This document shows, piece by piece, positions 8,112 to 16,608 of a stretch of 33,863 nucleotides of DNA (the stretch's first letter is position 1; each line of letters starts with the position of its first letter). The notes below the pieces were generated by a model. The model ran no database searches, was not told the origin of the DNA, and saw only the letters and a list, made by a program, of their open reading frames with translations. The position numbers and the translations under genes are program-made. This DNA is from Gaiellales bacterium (lineage in GTDB: Bacteria > Actinomycetota > Thermoleophilia > Gaiellales > JAICJC01), in assembly GCA_050698235.1 (NCBI GenBank), contig JBOHBE010000202.1:1-33863 (forward strand), read 5' to 3'.

Positions 8112-8681
8112 GTGCACGTCGTCTGGTACACCGCGATGTCGATCGACGGCCGGATCGCCGGCCCCGGAGACGACATGTCGTTCCTCGAGAGCGTCCAGAG
8201 CGACGGCGAGGAAACCGATTTCGCCGACTTCATCTCGGGCGTGGACGCGCTTGTCGTTGGTGGCGGCACGCTGCGCTGGCTGCACTCGCAGGGCCACGAC
8301 CTGCCGCACCGCGGCCTCCCGATCTGGCTCGTCTCCCACGACGAACAGCTCGCCGCGCGGGCGGCCCGGGCCGACCCCGAGGGCACCCCGGTCGCGCGGG
8401 TCGAGGGCGACGTCGCGGCGATCCTCGACGCGATCGGCGCGGCTGGGCACGAGCGGGTCTGGATCTCCGGCGGCGGCGACATCGCCGGCCAGGCCCTGGC
8501 CGCGGATCGCATCGACGAGGTGATCCTGACGGTCGCTCCGACGGTGCTCGGCGCCGGGCCGGGGATCTTCGATCACCCGTCGCTTCCCGAGCGGCGATTC
8601 GCCCTCGCCGATTGCCGTGAGTACGGCCGGGGATCGGTGCGGCTTCGCTGGCTCCGGGCCGCGGACGCACCTCCGGCCTGA
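8112..8681 (+). CDS. Dihydrofolate-reductase-like / RibD C-terminal domain family protein
   Basis: GTG start at 8112, 5 nt after the DsbA stop. The sequence VHVVWYTAMSIDGRIAG...ALVVGGGTLRW...VWISGGGDIAGQALAADRIDEVILTVAPTVLG matches the RibD_C family pattern. Confidence 0.82.
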   Translation: MHVVWYTAMSIDGRIAGPGDDMSFLESVQSDGEETDFADFISGVDALVVGGGTLRWLHSQGHDLPHRGLPIWLVSHDEQLAARAARADPEGTPVARVEGDVAAILDAIGAAGHERVWISGGGDIAGQALAADRIDEVILTVAPTVLGAGPGIFDHPSLPERRFALADCREYGRGSVRLRWLRAADAPPA

Positions 8682-8703
8682 CCGCAGGCTAGACTCGACA
8701 CCA

Positions 8704-9843
8704 ATGCACGAGGCGGTCGCCTCGAACCGGCGCCGGCGTGCAGGGTCGACAGGGCAATCCGATCCGCTCGCGGGCCACGCGGAGCCCCTGGACTCGGCCT
8801 CCGCGGGGAGTCCACGGCGCTTCGTCGTGACGCTGCTCGCAACCGCCCTCGGGACGATCGCCGCGGTGTTCTTCGTGAACGTGCTCGTCGACCCGTACGG
8901 GACGGTCGGCACCAATCTGCTCGCCTCGGGCGTGCCGCGCGACCCCTCGACCAAGGCGGCGCTGATCAAGCAGCTCGGATCGCCGCCGCAGCTCGTCGTC
9001 CTCGGCTCGTCGCGGTCGCTCAAGGTGCAGCCCTCGTATCTGCACCGGCTGACGGGCGACACCGTCTTCAACGCGGGTGTGCGCGACGCCACGCCCGTCG
9101 AGGAGTACGCGCTCATCCACTTCATCCACGACCGGTTCCCAGACGCCGACATCCACTGGCTGTGGCTGCTCGACGTGGAGGCGTTCCGAAGCGACACGAT
9201 CAGCCCGGAGCTGCTCGACAGCGCCGACCTTGCGCCCTACGTCTCGCGCACCGACCGGCTGACGTCCCGATTCAAGGGGATCGTCGACCTTCTCTCGTGG
9301 AGGGCGCTCGAGGACTCGCTGTCGGCGATCCGGGCGAGCGGAGGCTCGAGCCAGCCTCCTCTCAGCGGCCCCGGCATGACCGCCCACCGCATCCAGCACC
9401 TCATCGCCCGGTCAGACGGGTTCGCTCCCGACGGCTTCTACACGCGGGTCGACTACGACTGGAACAAGGGCATGCAGAAGTACGAGGCGATGTACGGCGA
9501 CGGCAGCCTCTACACCCACCTGCACTCGCTCCCGAAGACCTACCTCCAGCGCGCGCTGGCCGATCTGAACCGATGGGGCGAGGCGCCCGTGATCGTGCTG
9601 ACGCCCATGCACCCGAAGCTCAAGCGCGAGCTGGCACCGGTCGGCTGGGCCGCCCGCCACCGCGAGCTCGTGGGCTATCTCCGGCAGCTGCGGGCGCGCT
9701 ACCGCTTCCGGTTCCTCGACTTCACGTCGGTCCGGTCATTCGGCGGCACCCCCGCCGGCTTCTACGACCCCGTGCACATGCGCGAGCCGAACCTGCACCG
9801 GATGCTCTCCGCGATCGCCCGCCGCGCACGCGATGCTCTTTAA
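8704..9843 (+). CDS. Membrane-anchored DltD/SGNH-like partner protein of the downstream MBOAT
   Basis: ATG start at 8704. A single N-terminal TM helix is present (FVVTLLATALGTIAAVFFVNVLV). A Ser-motif VVLGSSRS lies at about nt 9004-9012, and a C-terminal DPVH (nt 9765-9776) recalls the SGNH Asp-x-x-His. Its stop TAA at 9841-9843 lies inside the MBOAT gene. Confidence 0.65.
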   Translation: MHEAVASNRRRRAGSTGQSDPLAGHAEPLDSASAGSPRRFVVTLLATALGTIAAVFFVNVLVDPYGTVGTNLLASGVPRDPSTKAALIKQLGSPPQLVVLGSSRSLKVQPSYLHRLTGDTVFNAGVRDATPVEEYALIHFIHDRFPDADIHWLWLLDVEAFRSDTISPELLDSADLAPYVSRTDRLTSRFKGIVDLLSWRALEDSLSAIRASGGSSQPPLSGPGMTAHRIQHLIARSDGFAPDGFYTRVDYDWNKGMQKYEAMYGDGSLYTHLHSLPKTYLQRALADLNRWGEAPVIVLTPMHPKLKRELAPVGWAARHRELVGYLRQLRARYRFRFLDFTSVRSFGGTPAGFYDPVHMREPNLHRMLSAIARRARDAL

Positions 9844-11236
9844 CAGCTACGAGTTCCTGTTCGCCTTTCTGCCGGTGGTCCTCGTGGGCTGGTGGAGCAT
9901 CCGCCCGCCGCCCGCCCGCCTGGCGTTCCTCACGGCGTCGTCCTATTTCTTCTACGCCTGGTGGGACTGGCGGTTCCTGCCGCTTATGCTCGCCTCGACG
10001 ACCGTGGACTACGTCGCCGGCCGCGCGCTGGTCGCGCTCGACGACGACGAGCCGCGCCGGCGGGCCGTCCTGGTCGCTGCGCTCACCGCGAACCTGGCGA
10101 TGCTCGGCTACTTCAAGTACGCCGGCTTCTTCGTCGACTCGCTCGACGGAATCGGCAGCACCCTCGGGCTGGGGGCGCCGTTCCCGGAGCTTGGGATCGT
10201 CCTCCCGATCGGCATCTCGTTCTACACGTTCAACTCGATGTCGTACACGATCGACATCTTCCGCCGCGAGGTGCAGCCCGCCCGGAGCCTCCTGCACTAC
10301 GCCGCGTTCGTCTCGATGTTCCCGCACCTCATCGCCGGCCCGATCGTGCGCTACTCGACGATCGACGGCCAGCTGCGCAAGCTGACGCCGCGGCTCACGT
10401 GGGAGCTCGCCTCCTCGGGCATGTTCTTCCTGAGCTGCGGCCTTGTGAAGAAGCTCCTGATCGCCGACACGCTCGCCCCGCACGTCGACCGGCTGTTCGC
10501 GCGCCACGACCACCTCGGCGTGGTCACCGGCTGGACGGCGGCCGTGGGGTACGCGCTCCAGCTCTACTTCGACTTCTCGGGCTACTCCGACATGGCGGTC
10601 GGGCTCGCGTTCCTGCTCGGGTTCCGGTTCCCCCAGAACTTCAACTCGCCGTACAAGTCCATGAACATCTCCGACTTCTGGCGCCGCTGGCACATGTCGC
10701 TCTCATTCTGGCTGCGCGACTACCTGTTCATCCCGCTCGGCGGGTCTCGATGCGGGCGCTGGCTGACGTTGCGCAACCTCGTCGTCACGATGTTCCTGGG
10801 CGGGTTATGGCACGGCGCGGCGTGGACGTTCGTCGTGTGGGGGCTGCTCCACGGCGCGCTCCTCGTCGCCCACAACCTGTTGCGGCGAGCCGGCCTGACA
10901 CCGCCCTGGACGAGCCTCAACAGGTCGATCACCTTCGCGTGCGTCGCCGCGCTGTTCGTCATCTTCCGCGCTCCCGACCTCCACGTTGCCGGCGACGTGC
11001 TCTCAGCGATGGCGGGGCTCAACGGGCTGGACAGCGCCGCCGCGATCCAGACGCTGGTCGGCGTGCCTCTGGCGCTCGGGATCGCGGCGCTCCTCGCGTT
11101 CGTGAACCTCGCGCCCAACACATGGGAGGTCGACCTGCGTCCGCGTCCGCTCTACGGTCTTGCGCTCGGCGGCGCGCTGGCAGCCGCGGTGCTGACGATC
11201 GGGAACCCGAGCCCGTTCATCTACTTCCGGTTCTAG
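9833..11236 (+). CDS. MBOAT-family membrane O-acyltransferase (AlgI/DltB/PatA-like)
   Basis: 467 aa. The N-terminus MLFNSYEFLFAFLPVV is typical. The sequence includes ISFYTFNSMSYTIDIF, DFWRRWHMSLSFWLRDYLFIPLGG and the invariant His in GGLWHGAAW (cac at 10811-10813). It overlaps the upstream gene by 11 nt. Confidence 0.95.
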   Translation: MLFNSYEFLFAFLPVVLVGWWSIRPPPARLAFLTASSYFFYAWWDWRFLPLMLASTTVDYVAGRALVALDDDEPRRRAVLVAALTANLAMLGYFKYAGFFVDSLDGIGSTLGLGAPFPELGIVLPIGISFYTFNSMSYTIDIFRREVQPARSLLHYAAFVSMFPHLIAGPIVRYSTIDGQLRKLTPRLTWELASSGMFFLSCGLVKKLLIADTLAPHVDRLFARHDHLGVVTGWTAAVGYALQLYFDFSGYSDMAVGLAFLLGFRFPQNFNSPYKSMNISDFWRRWHMSLSFWLRDYLFIPLGGSRCGRWLTLRNLVVTMFLGGLWHGAAWTFVVWGLLHGALLVAHNLLRRAGLTPPWTSLNRSITFACVAALFVIFRAPDLHVAGDVLSAMAGLNGLDSAAAIQTLVGVPLALGIAALLAFVNLAPNTWEVDLRPRPLYGLALGGALAAAVLTIGNPSPFIYFRF

Positions 11237-11276
11237 CTCTCTCGACACAGGCCGGGCGGCGCCGTATCCTGGTCGC

Positions 11277-12419
11277 GTGGGACGACGTCCCATCCAGGGG
11301 GTTTGCACTCTGCTCGCGGCTGCAGCCGTGCTCGCCTGCGCGGGCGCGGCGGCCGCCGCGACGACCGGCACCGTCTCGTCGTTCGGCTCCGATGAGTTCG
11401 GCCAGCTGGGAAACGGCGCGGGCGGGAGCAGCAACAGCCCGGTAGCGGTCGCCGGCCTCTCCGGCGTCACCCAGATCGACGGCGGCCGTGAGCACGCGGT
11501 GGCGCTCAAGAGCGACGGCACCGTCTGGGCCTGGGGTCACAACATCTACGGCCAGGTGGGCGACGGGACGAAGACGAATCGCCAGTCACCGGTCCAGGTG
11601 TCGGGCCTCGTGGGAGTGACCGCCGTCGAGACGGGCCACTACTACAGCATGGCTCTGAAGAGCGACGGGACGGTCTGGATGTGGGGCTGGAACAAGTTCG
11701 GGACGCTCGGCGACGGCACCACGACCAACCGGTCGGTGCCCGTCAAGGTGTCGGGCCTCGCGAGCGTCGTCGCGATCGCCGGCGCCCGCGACCACACCCT
11801 CGCGCTCAGGAGCGACGGCACGGTGTGGGCGTGGGGCGACAACGAGTTCGGAAACCTCGGGATCGGGAACACGACCAACCACTCGACCCCGGTCCAGGTC
11901 CACAACCTGACGAACGTCGTCGCGATCGCGGGCGGCCGTGACCACAGCCTGGCGCTGCGGTCCGACGGCACGGTCTGGGCGTGGGGCTGGAACAAGTACG
12001 GCCAGGTTGGCGACGGCACGAAGAACAACAACAAGCTCACCCCGGTGCAGGCGGCCGGCCTGACCGGTGTCACGCGGATCAGCGCGGGTGCGGAGCACAG
12101 CATGGCGCTCACGTCGGCGGGCGCAGTGTGGACGTGGGGCCACAACAACTACGGGCAGCTGGGTGACGGCACGGTGACGAGCCGCCCGCGGCCGGTGAGG
12201 GTGACGGGGGTTTCGAACGTCGTCGACATCGGGAACGGGCGCCTGCACAGTCTGGCGATCGAGAGCGATGGGTCCCTGTGGACGTGGGGCCTCAACTCGA
12301 CCGGCCAGCTCGGCGACGGCACGACCACCGACCGCCATGCCCCCGTCAAGGTGCCGGGGATCTCGGGCGCGTTCGGCGTGGGCGGCGGCGTGAACTACAG
12401 CGTCGTCCTGCACTCCTAG
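11277..12419 (+). CDS. Secreted (possibly lipoprotein) RCC1-repeat beta-propeller protein, 7 blades
   Basis: GTG start at 11277. The signal peptide has a lipobox-like AVLAC. Seven repeats of the form HxxALxSDGTVWxWGxNxxGQLGDGTxxxxxxPV are present. Confidence 0.9.
   Translation: MGRRPIQGVCTLLAAAAVLACAGAAAAATTGTVSSFGSDEFGQLGNGAGGSSNSPVAVAGLSGVTQIDGGREHAVALKSDGTVWAWGHNIYGQVGDGTKTNRQSPVQVSGLVGVTAVETGHYYSMALKSDGTVWMWGWNKFGTLGDGTTTNRSVPVKVSGLASVVAIAGARDHTLALRSDGTVWAWGDNEFGNLGIGNTTNHSTPVQVHNLTNVVAIAGGRDHSLALRSDGTVWAWGWNKYGQVGDGTKNNNKLTPVQAAGLTGVTRISAGAEHSMALTSAGAVWTWGHNNYGQLGDGTVTSRPRPVRVTGVSNVVDIGNGRLHSLAIESDGSLWTWGLNSTGQLGDGTTTDRHAPVKVPGISGAFGVGGGVNYSVVLHS
11511..12290 (+). repeat. Intragenic 150-nt periodic repeats (RCC1 blades)
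   Basis: The S-D-G-T-V-W codon blocks start at 11511, 11661, 11811 and 11961. The equivalent blocks start at 12111 and about 12264. The spacing is exactly 150 nt for the first five. Confidence 0.9.
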
Positions 12420-12505
12420 CTCCTCGCCGCTACCGCAGGCCGGGGGTGAAGGTCATACAGGGCGGGGAGGGCCGGCGGGCGGCCGCACGCCGATGACCCG
12501 CAACC

Positions 12506-13438
12506 ATGAGACTCTCCCTCGCTCGCCTCGCCGCCGCAGGTGCCGCCGTCGCGCTTGCCGCCTTCGCCGTTGCGTCGCACTCCTCGTCTGCGAGTGCCTC
12601 CGCTCCGACACCGTCCGCGCCGTGCACCGGCTCCACCGCCCCCGCGCACTACCAGCACGTCATCGTCATCGTCGAGGAGAACAAGGCCTACGACCAGGTG
12701 ATGGGGCATGCCCCGTACCAGACGGCCGTCGCGAAGAAGTGCGGCTACGCGGCGAACATGCACGCCGAGACGTATCCGAGCCTTCCGAACTACCTCGCGA
12801 TGACCTCCGGTGCTGTCCCGGGTCCCGTCGCCGGCCGCGACTGCCAGCCAAGCGGCACGTGCATGGCGACGGCGCCGTCGATCTTCGCGCAGACGGCCGG
12901 CTCCTGGCGCGTGTACGCCGAGTCGATGCCTGCCAACTGCAGCCGCCAGAACACGCCCGACGGGCTGTATGTCCCCAGGCACACCGCCGCCCCGTACTTC
13001 AGCGACCTCGCCGCGGCGTGCCTCAAGCGGCAGCTCCCGCTCGGCACGACGACCTCCGGGGCGCTTGCCGGCGCCCTCGATGCGGGGACGCTTCCCGCGT
13101 TCTCGCTGGTCGTGCCCAATACCACGAACGACGCCCACGGTGGCTGCCTTTCGTGCGCCGATGCGTGGCTCGCCCGCTGGATCCCGCGCATCGTCGCCTC
13201 GCCGGACTATCAGGACGGGTCGACCGCGGTCTTCGTCACGTACGACTCCGACAACAAGAGCGCCAAGAACCACATCGCCACCACGGTGATCGCGCCGTCG
13301 GTCAAGCCCGGCACCGTCGCCACGGCGGCCTACTGCCACTACTCGATGCTGAGGACGGTCGAGGACGTGCTCGGCCTCTCCGGCCACCTCGGCGGCGCCG
13401 CGACCGCGCCGAGCATGCGCGCCGCGTTCAACCTGTAG
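12506..13438 (+). CDS. Secreted phosphoesterase-family protein (phospholipase C / acid phosphatase AcpA-like)
   Basis: The signal peptide is MRLSLARLAAAGAAVALAAFAVA. The sequence HVIVIVEENKAYDQVMG and YPSLPNYLAMTSG is typical of the phosphoesterase family, with PNTTNDAHGG later in the protein. Confidence 0.8.
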   Translation: MRLSLARLAAAGAAVALAAFAVASHSSSASASAPTPSAPCTGSTAPAHYQHVIVIVEENKAYDQVMGHAPYQTAVAKKCGYAANMHAETYPSLPNYLAMTSGAVPGPVAGRDCQPSGTCMATAPSIFAQTAGSWRVYAESMPANCSRQNTPDGLYVPRHTAAPYFSDLAAACLKRQLPLGTTTSGALAGALDAGTLPAFSLVVPNTTNDAHGGCLSCADAWLARWIPRIVASPDYQDGSTAVFVTYDSDNKSAKNHIATTVIAPSVKPGTVATAAYCHYSMLRTVEDVLGLSGHLGGAATAPSMRAAFNL

Positions 13439-13451
13439 GGGCGGTGCCGCG

Positions 13452-13877
13452 TCACTCGGCGCGGCTCAGGTGCGGCGCCTCCCGGCCGGCCTCGAGCTGC
13501 CAGATCGTCCCGTTGGACGTGCGTGCGTAGAGGGTGATCCGAGTGCGGGCCAGACGGCCGGCGCCGGTCGTGTCGACGTACACCACGCCGGGCAGCCGGG
13601 CCTCGAACGGCGTCGCTGCGGCGCCGTACTGGTCGCCGGTGCGGGCGTTCATGTCCTCGGTGATCTCGCTCGCGTCGGCCGGGTAGCAGCCCCGGCAGGC
13701 GCCGTCGTCGCGGCCGAGCGCCCGAGCGGCGTGGAACGCCCGCACGAGCAGGGCACGGGCCCGCGCGTCGGGCACCGCCTGTGTCCCCGGTGTCGAGGTC
13801 GCGGCCTGCGGGGAACCGCCGCCGCACGCCGCGACCGCCAGGCATACGAGTGGACAGACCGGCCCGAGCCGCCACAT
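13452..13877 (-). CDS. Hypothetical lipoprotein
   Basis: I chose ATG 13877. The N-terminus MWRLGPVCPLVCLAVAACGGG gives a signal peptide plus lipobox (LAVAAC). GC3 is high. I recognise no family. It is convergent with the phosphoesterase gene. Confidence 0.55.
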   Translation of the reverse strand: MWRLGPVCPLVCLAVAACGGGSPQAATSTPGTQAVPDARARALLVRAFHAARALGRDDGACRGCYPADASEITEDMNARTGDQYGAAATPFEARLPGVVYVDTTGAGRLARTRITLYARTSNGTIWQLEAGREAPHLSRAE

Positions 13878-14023
13878 CGTGGTAAGCCTATCGCCCCAGA
13901 CGGGTGAGGCAAGAGCGCCTTGTCGTGCCGATAACGGGAATACCGGGATGGGGGTCATCCCCGGCGCCGGCAACGCCGGTATCTCATAGTGGCAATCCGA
14001 CCGTTTTCGGACAGGTGATCTGA

Positions 14024-16054
14024 GTGTCCCGCAAGATCACATCAGCGCGCAGGTCAACGCTGCTGCTCATCGCCGCGGCGGCGGTGCTGTGCCCGGCGGC
14101 CGCAGCGAGCGCCCTCGGCGCGCCGCACCAGCCGGGCCCGCCGACGCAGTTGACCGCGGGCGCGGTCACGCGAACGGGGCTCACCCTCTCCTGGCGGCGC
14201 TCGGCCGGGCCTGGCCGGATCGTGCGATACCGCGTCTACCGAGACGGGCGCGAGATCGGCCGCACCTCGGCCGCCCGGTTCGCGGTCTCGCACCTGCTGT
14301 GCGGGACGAGGTACGCGTTCGGCGTGCGCTCCGTCGACGCCGCCCGGCGGCTGTCGAGAAAGACGGTGCGCTGGGCCGGGACATTGCCGTGCCCGACGCG
14401 TGACACCGAGGCGCCGTCCGCGCCGTCTGACCTCGCGCAGTCAGAGCCGGCGCAAACCGGTCTCGACCTGACGTGGTCGCCGGCCACCGACAACGTGCGG
14501 GTCGCCGGGTACCGCATCTCGCAGGACGGCGTCGTAATCGGTCGCACCGCCGAGATCAGCCTCTCGGTCGGCGGGCTCGCGTGCGACGGGTCGTACGCCT
14601 TCACCGTCGTCGCGTACGACGCCGCCGGGAACATCTCGGCTCCGGCGTCGCTCACCGCGACCACCGCGAACTGCCCCGCTCCGGCGCCGTGCACGGGCGT
14701 CGCCGTCGCGCCCGGCGCCGATCTCGAGGCGCTGGCCGCCACGCGGCCCACGGGCACGGTCTTCTGCATCGCGCCCGGCACCTATCGGGTGCGCTCCCAG
14801 ATCCAGCCGCGCGACGGCCAGCAATTCATCGGCACGGGCCCGGGCGTCGTCATCACGGGAGGCGCCCCCCTTACGAGCTTCTCGTCCTCCGGCGGCGTCT
14901 GGGTCGCCTCGGGGACGACGACGACCCCCGCATACGCGGCGGGCGACGGATTCCGGGGCTATCTGTACGCACAGGCGCCCTACGCGGACGACGTGACCGT
15001 CGACGGAGTGCTGCTCGACAAGGTCGGTGTGCGCGCCGGCGGCAAGGTGTACGGCGACTTCGAGTCGGCGGTCGGTCCGGGGAGCTACTTCGTGGACTAC
15101 GACGCCGGGGCTGTCTCTGTCGGGTCGGATCCCGCGGGCCACGATGTCGAGATCGGCGTCGCGTCGGACGGGTTCGCATCCCAGTCTGCCGGCGTCGTTA
15201 TCAAGAACCTGGCACTCGAGCTCTTCACCTCGGGCGGCATCGACATGCGGGGCGCGGCGCACGACTGGACGGTCGAAAACGTCTCGGTGACGGCCGCGCA
15301 CGACACGGGCGTCAAGCTGCTCGGCGGCAGCCTGCTCCGCGGCGGTTCGATCGCCTGGAGCGGCCGGTACGGTCTGAGCGCGCACGGTGCGGGCGTCACG
15401 GTGGACGGGGTCGACGTCTCGTACTCCGACGCCGCTCACTACAGGGACAGCACGAACGGCAGCTGCGTCGCAGCAGGCGGATCGAAGTTCGTCCGCACGG
15501 TCGGGCTCGTGCTCCGAAACAGCGTCTTTCACGACAACCTGTGCAACGGCATCTGGCTCGACGTGGACACGTACGACTCGACGGTCGAGGACAACACGTC
15601 GGTTCGGAACGAGAAGGACGGCATCCGCGTCGAGGTGAGCCACAAGATGGAGATCTCCGGCAACACGGTCGCCCACAACGGCGGCTGGGGCATCTATCTC
15701 AGCAACGCGCCCGAGGCGGACGTCCACGACAACACGGTCTCGGACGACGCGAACGGGCCGATCGCCCTCAACTGGAGCGGACGGACCAGCCCGTCGACGA
15801 CGCACGGGTCATATGCCACGGCCGATACGGACGTCCACGACAACACGATGATCCTCACGGCATCGGGGCAGTCTGTCGGCATCTTCGACTCGACGGGCAC
15901 CGGATACGCCTACTCGAAGGCCGCTGACAACCGCTACCACTCGAACCACTACGTGCTTCCGGATGCCGCATGGCGGTGCTTCCACCTCGACGGCAAGATG
16001 CCGTGGAACGCCTGGCGGACGGCCGGCATGGACACCGAATACGCGCTCATGTGA
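14024..16054 (+). CDS. Secreted protein with two fibronectin-type-III domains and a right-handed parallel beta-helix (PbH1/pectate-lyase-like) domain
   Basis: GTG start at 14024, with a signal peptide ending AASALG. Two FN3-like units are present (LTLSWRRS...YRVYRDG...YAFGVRSVD and LDLTWSPATDNVRVAGYRISQDG...YAFTVVAYDAAGN). Beta-helix repeats follow (NSVFHDNLCNGIWLD, VEDNTSVRNEKDGIRVE, ISGNTVAHNGGWGIYLS, VHDNTVSDD). Confidence 0.88.
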   Translation: MSRKITSARRSTLLLIAAAAVLCPAAAASALGAPHQPGPPTQLTAGAVTRTGLTLSWRRSAGPGRIVRYRVYRDGREIGRTSAARFAVSHLLCGTRYAFGVRSVDAARRLSRKTVRWAGTLPCPTRDTEAPSAPSDLAQSEPAQTGLDLTWSPATDNVRVAGYRISQDGVVIGRTAEISLSVGGLACDGSYAFTVVAYDAAGNISAPASLTATTANCPAPAPCTGVAVAPGADLEALAATRPTGTVFCIAPGTYRVRSQIQPRDGQQFIGTGPGVVITGGAPLTSFSSSGGVWVASGTTTTPAYAAGDGFRGYLYAQAPYADDVTVDGVLLDKVGVRAGGKVYGDFESAVGPGSYFVDYDAGAVSVGSDPAGHDVEIGVASDGFASQSAGVVIKNLALELFTSGGIDMRGAAHDWTVENVSVTAAHDTGVKLLGGSLLRGGSIAWSGRYGLSAHGAGVTVDGVDVSYSDAAHYRDSTNGSCVAAGGSKFVRTVGLVLRNSVFHDNLCNGIWLDVDTYDSTVEDNTSVRNEKDGIRVEVSHKMEISGNTVAHNGGWGIYLSNAPEADVHDNTVSDDANGPIALNWSGRTSPSTTHGSYATADTDVHDNTMILTASGQSVGIFDSTGTGYAYSKAADNRYHSNHYVLPDAAWRCFHLDGKMPWNAWRTAGMDTEYALM

Positions 16055-16059
16055 GACGT

Positions 16060-16085
16060 GGTGGCGGCCGCCGGGCCGCTCCACC
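16060..16085 (+). terminator. GC-rich hairpin 6 nt after the FN3/beta-helix gene stop (terminator candidate without a T-tract)
   Basis: ggtgg-cggcc (16060-16069) pairs with ggccg (16074-16078) and ccacc (16081-16085). The loop is 4 nt and there is a 2-nt bulge. Confidence 0.35.
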
Positions 16086-16164
16086 TCAACTCCCAGGTTC
16101 TCCCAGCGATTAACCGGAGTGCGCAAGCCCTTTGCGCGCCGAGATCAAGCCGGGAGGCCCCGAA

Positions 16165-16599
16165 ATGCAGCTGGTTGTCTTCGCGCTCGGCGACGAGGAG
16201 TACGGCCTGCCCATCACGCAGGTGCAGGAGATCATCCGCTTCTCACAGCCGCGCACCATCCCCAATCCGCACGCCTCGATCCGCGGCGTGATCAACCTCC
16301 GTGGGCGCATTATCCCGGTGTGCGACCTGAAGCGGCAGCTCGACGTCGGCTCTGACGACGTCGCCGGCGACGCGTGCAAGATCGTGATCGTGGAGTCGGT
16401 CGGAGGCTCCGCCGGCCTCATCGTCGACGGCGTGAACGAGGTCCTGACGGTGACGGAGGATCAGCTCGAACCCGACACCGGCTCAGAGGACGGGTATCTG
16501 AACGGGATCGCCAAGGTCGGCGAGCGGTTGATCGTGCTGCTCGACGCGCCGGGGCTGATCGAGGCGCTCGGCGTCGCTCCCCACGCCAGGGCCGCCTGA
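16165..16599 (+). CDS. cheW: CheW-like chemotaxis coupling protein
   Basis: ATG 16165 is preceded by GGGAGG (16152-16157). The sequence MQLVVFALGDEEYGLPITQVQEIIRF...IRGVINLRGRIIPVCDLKRQL...GLIVDGVNEVLTV is a classic CheW domain. Confidence 0.9.
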   Translation: MQLVVFALGDEEYGLPITQVQEIIRFSQPRTIPNPHASIRGVINLRGRIIPVCDLKRQLDVGSDDVAGDACKIVIVESVGGSAGLIVDGVNEVLTVTEDQLEPDTGSEDGYLNGIAKVGERLIVLLDAPGLIEALGVAPHARAA

Positions 16600-16608
16600 A
16601 CCGGGCGG

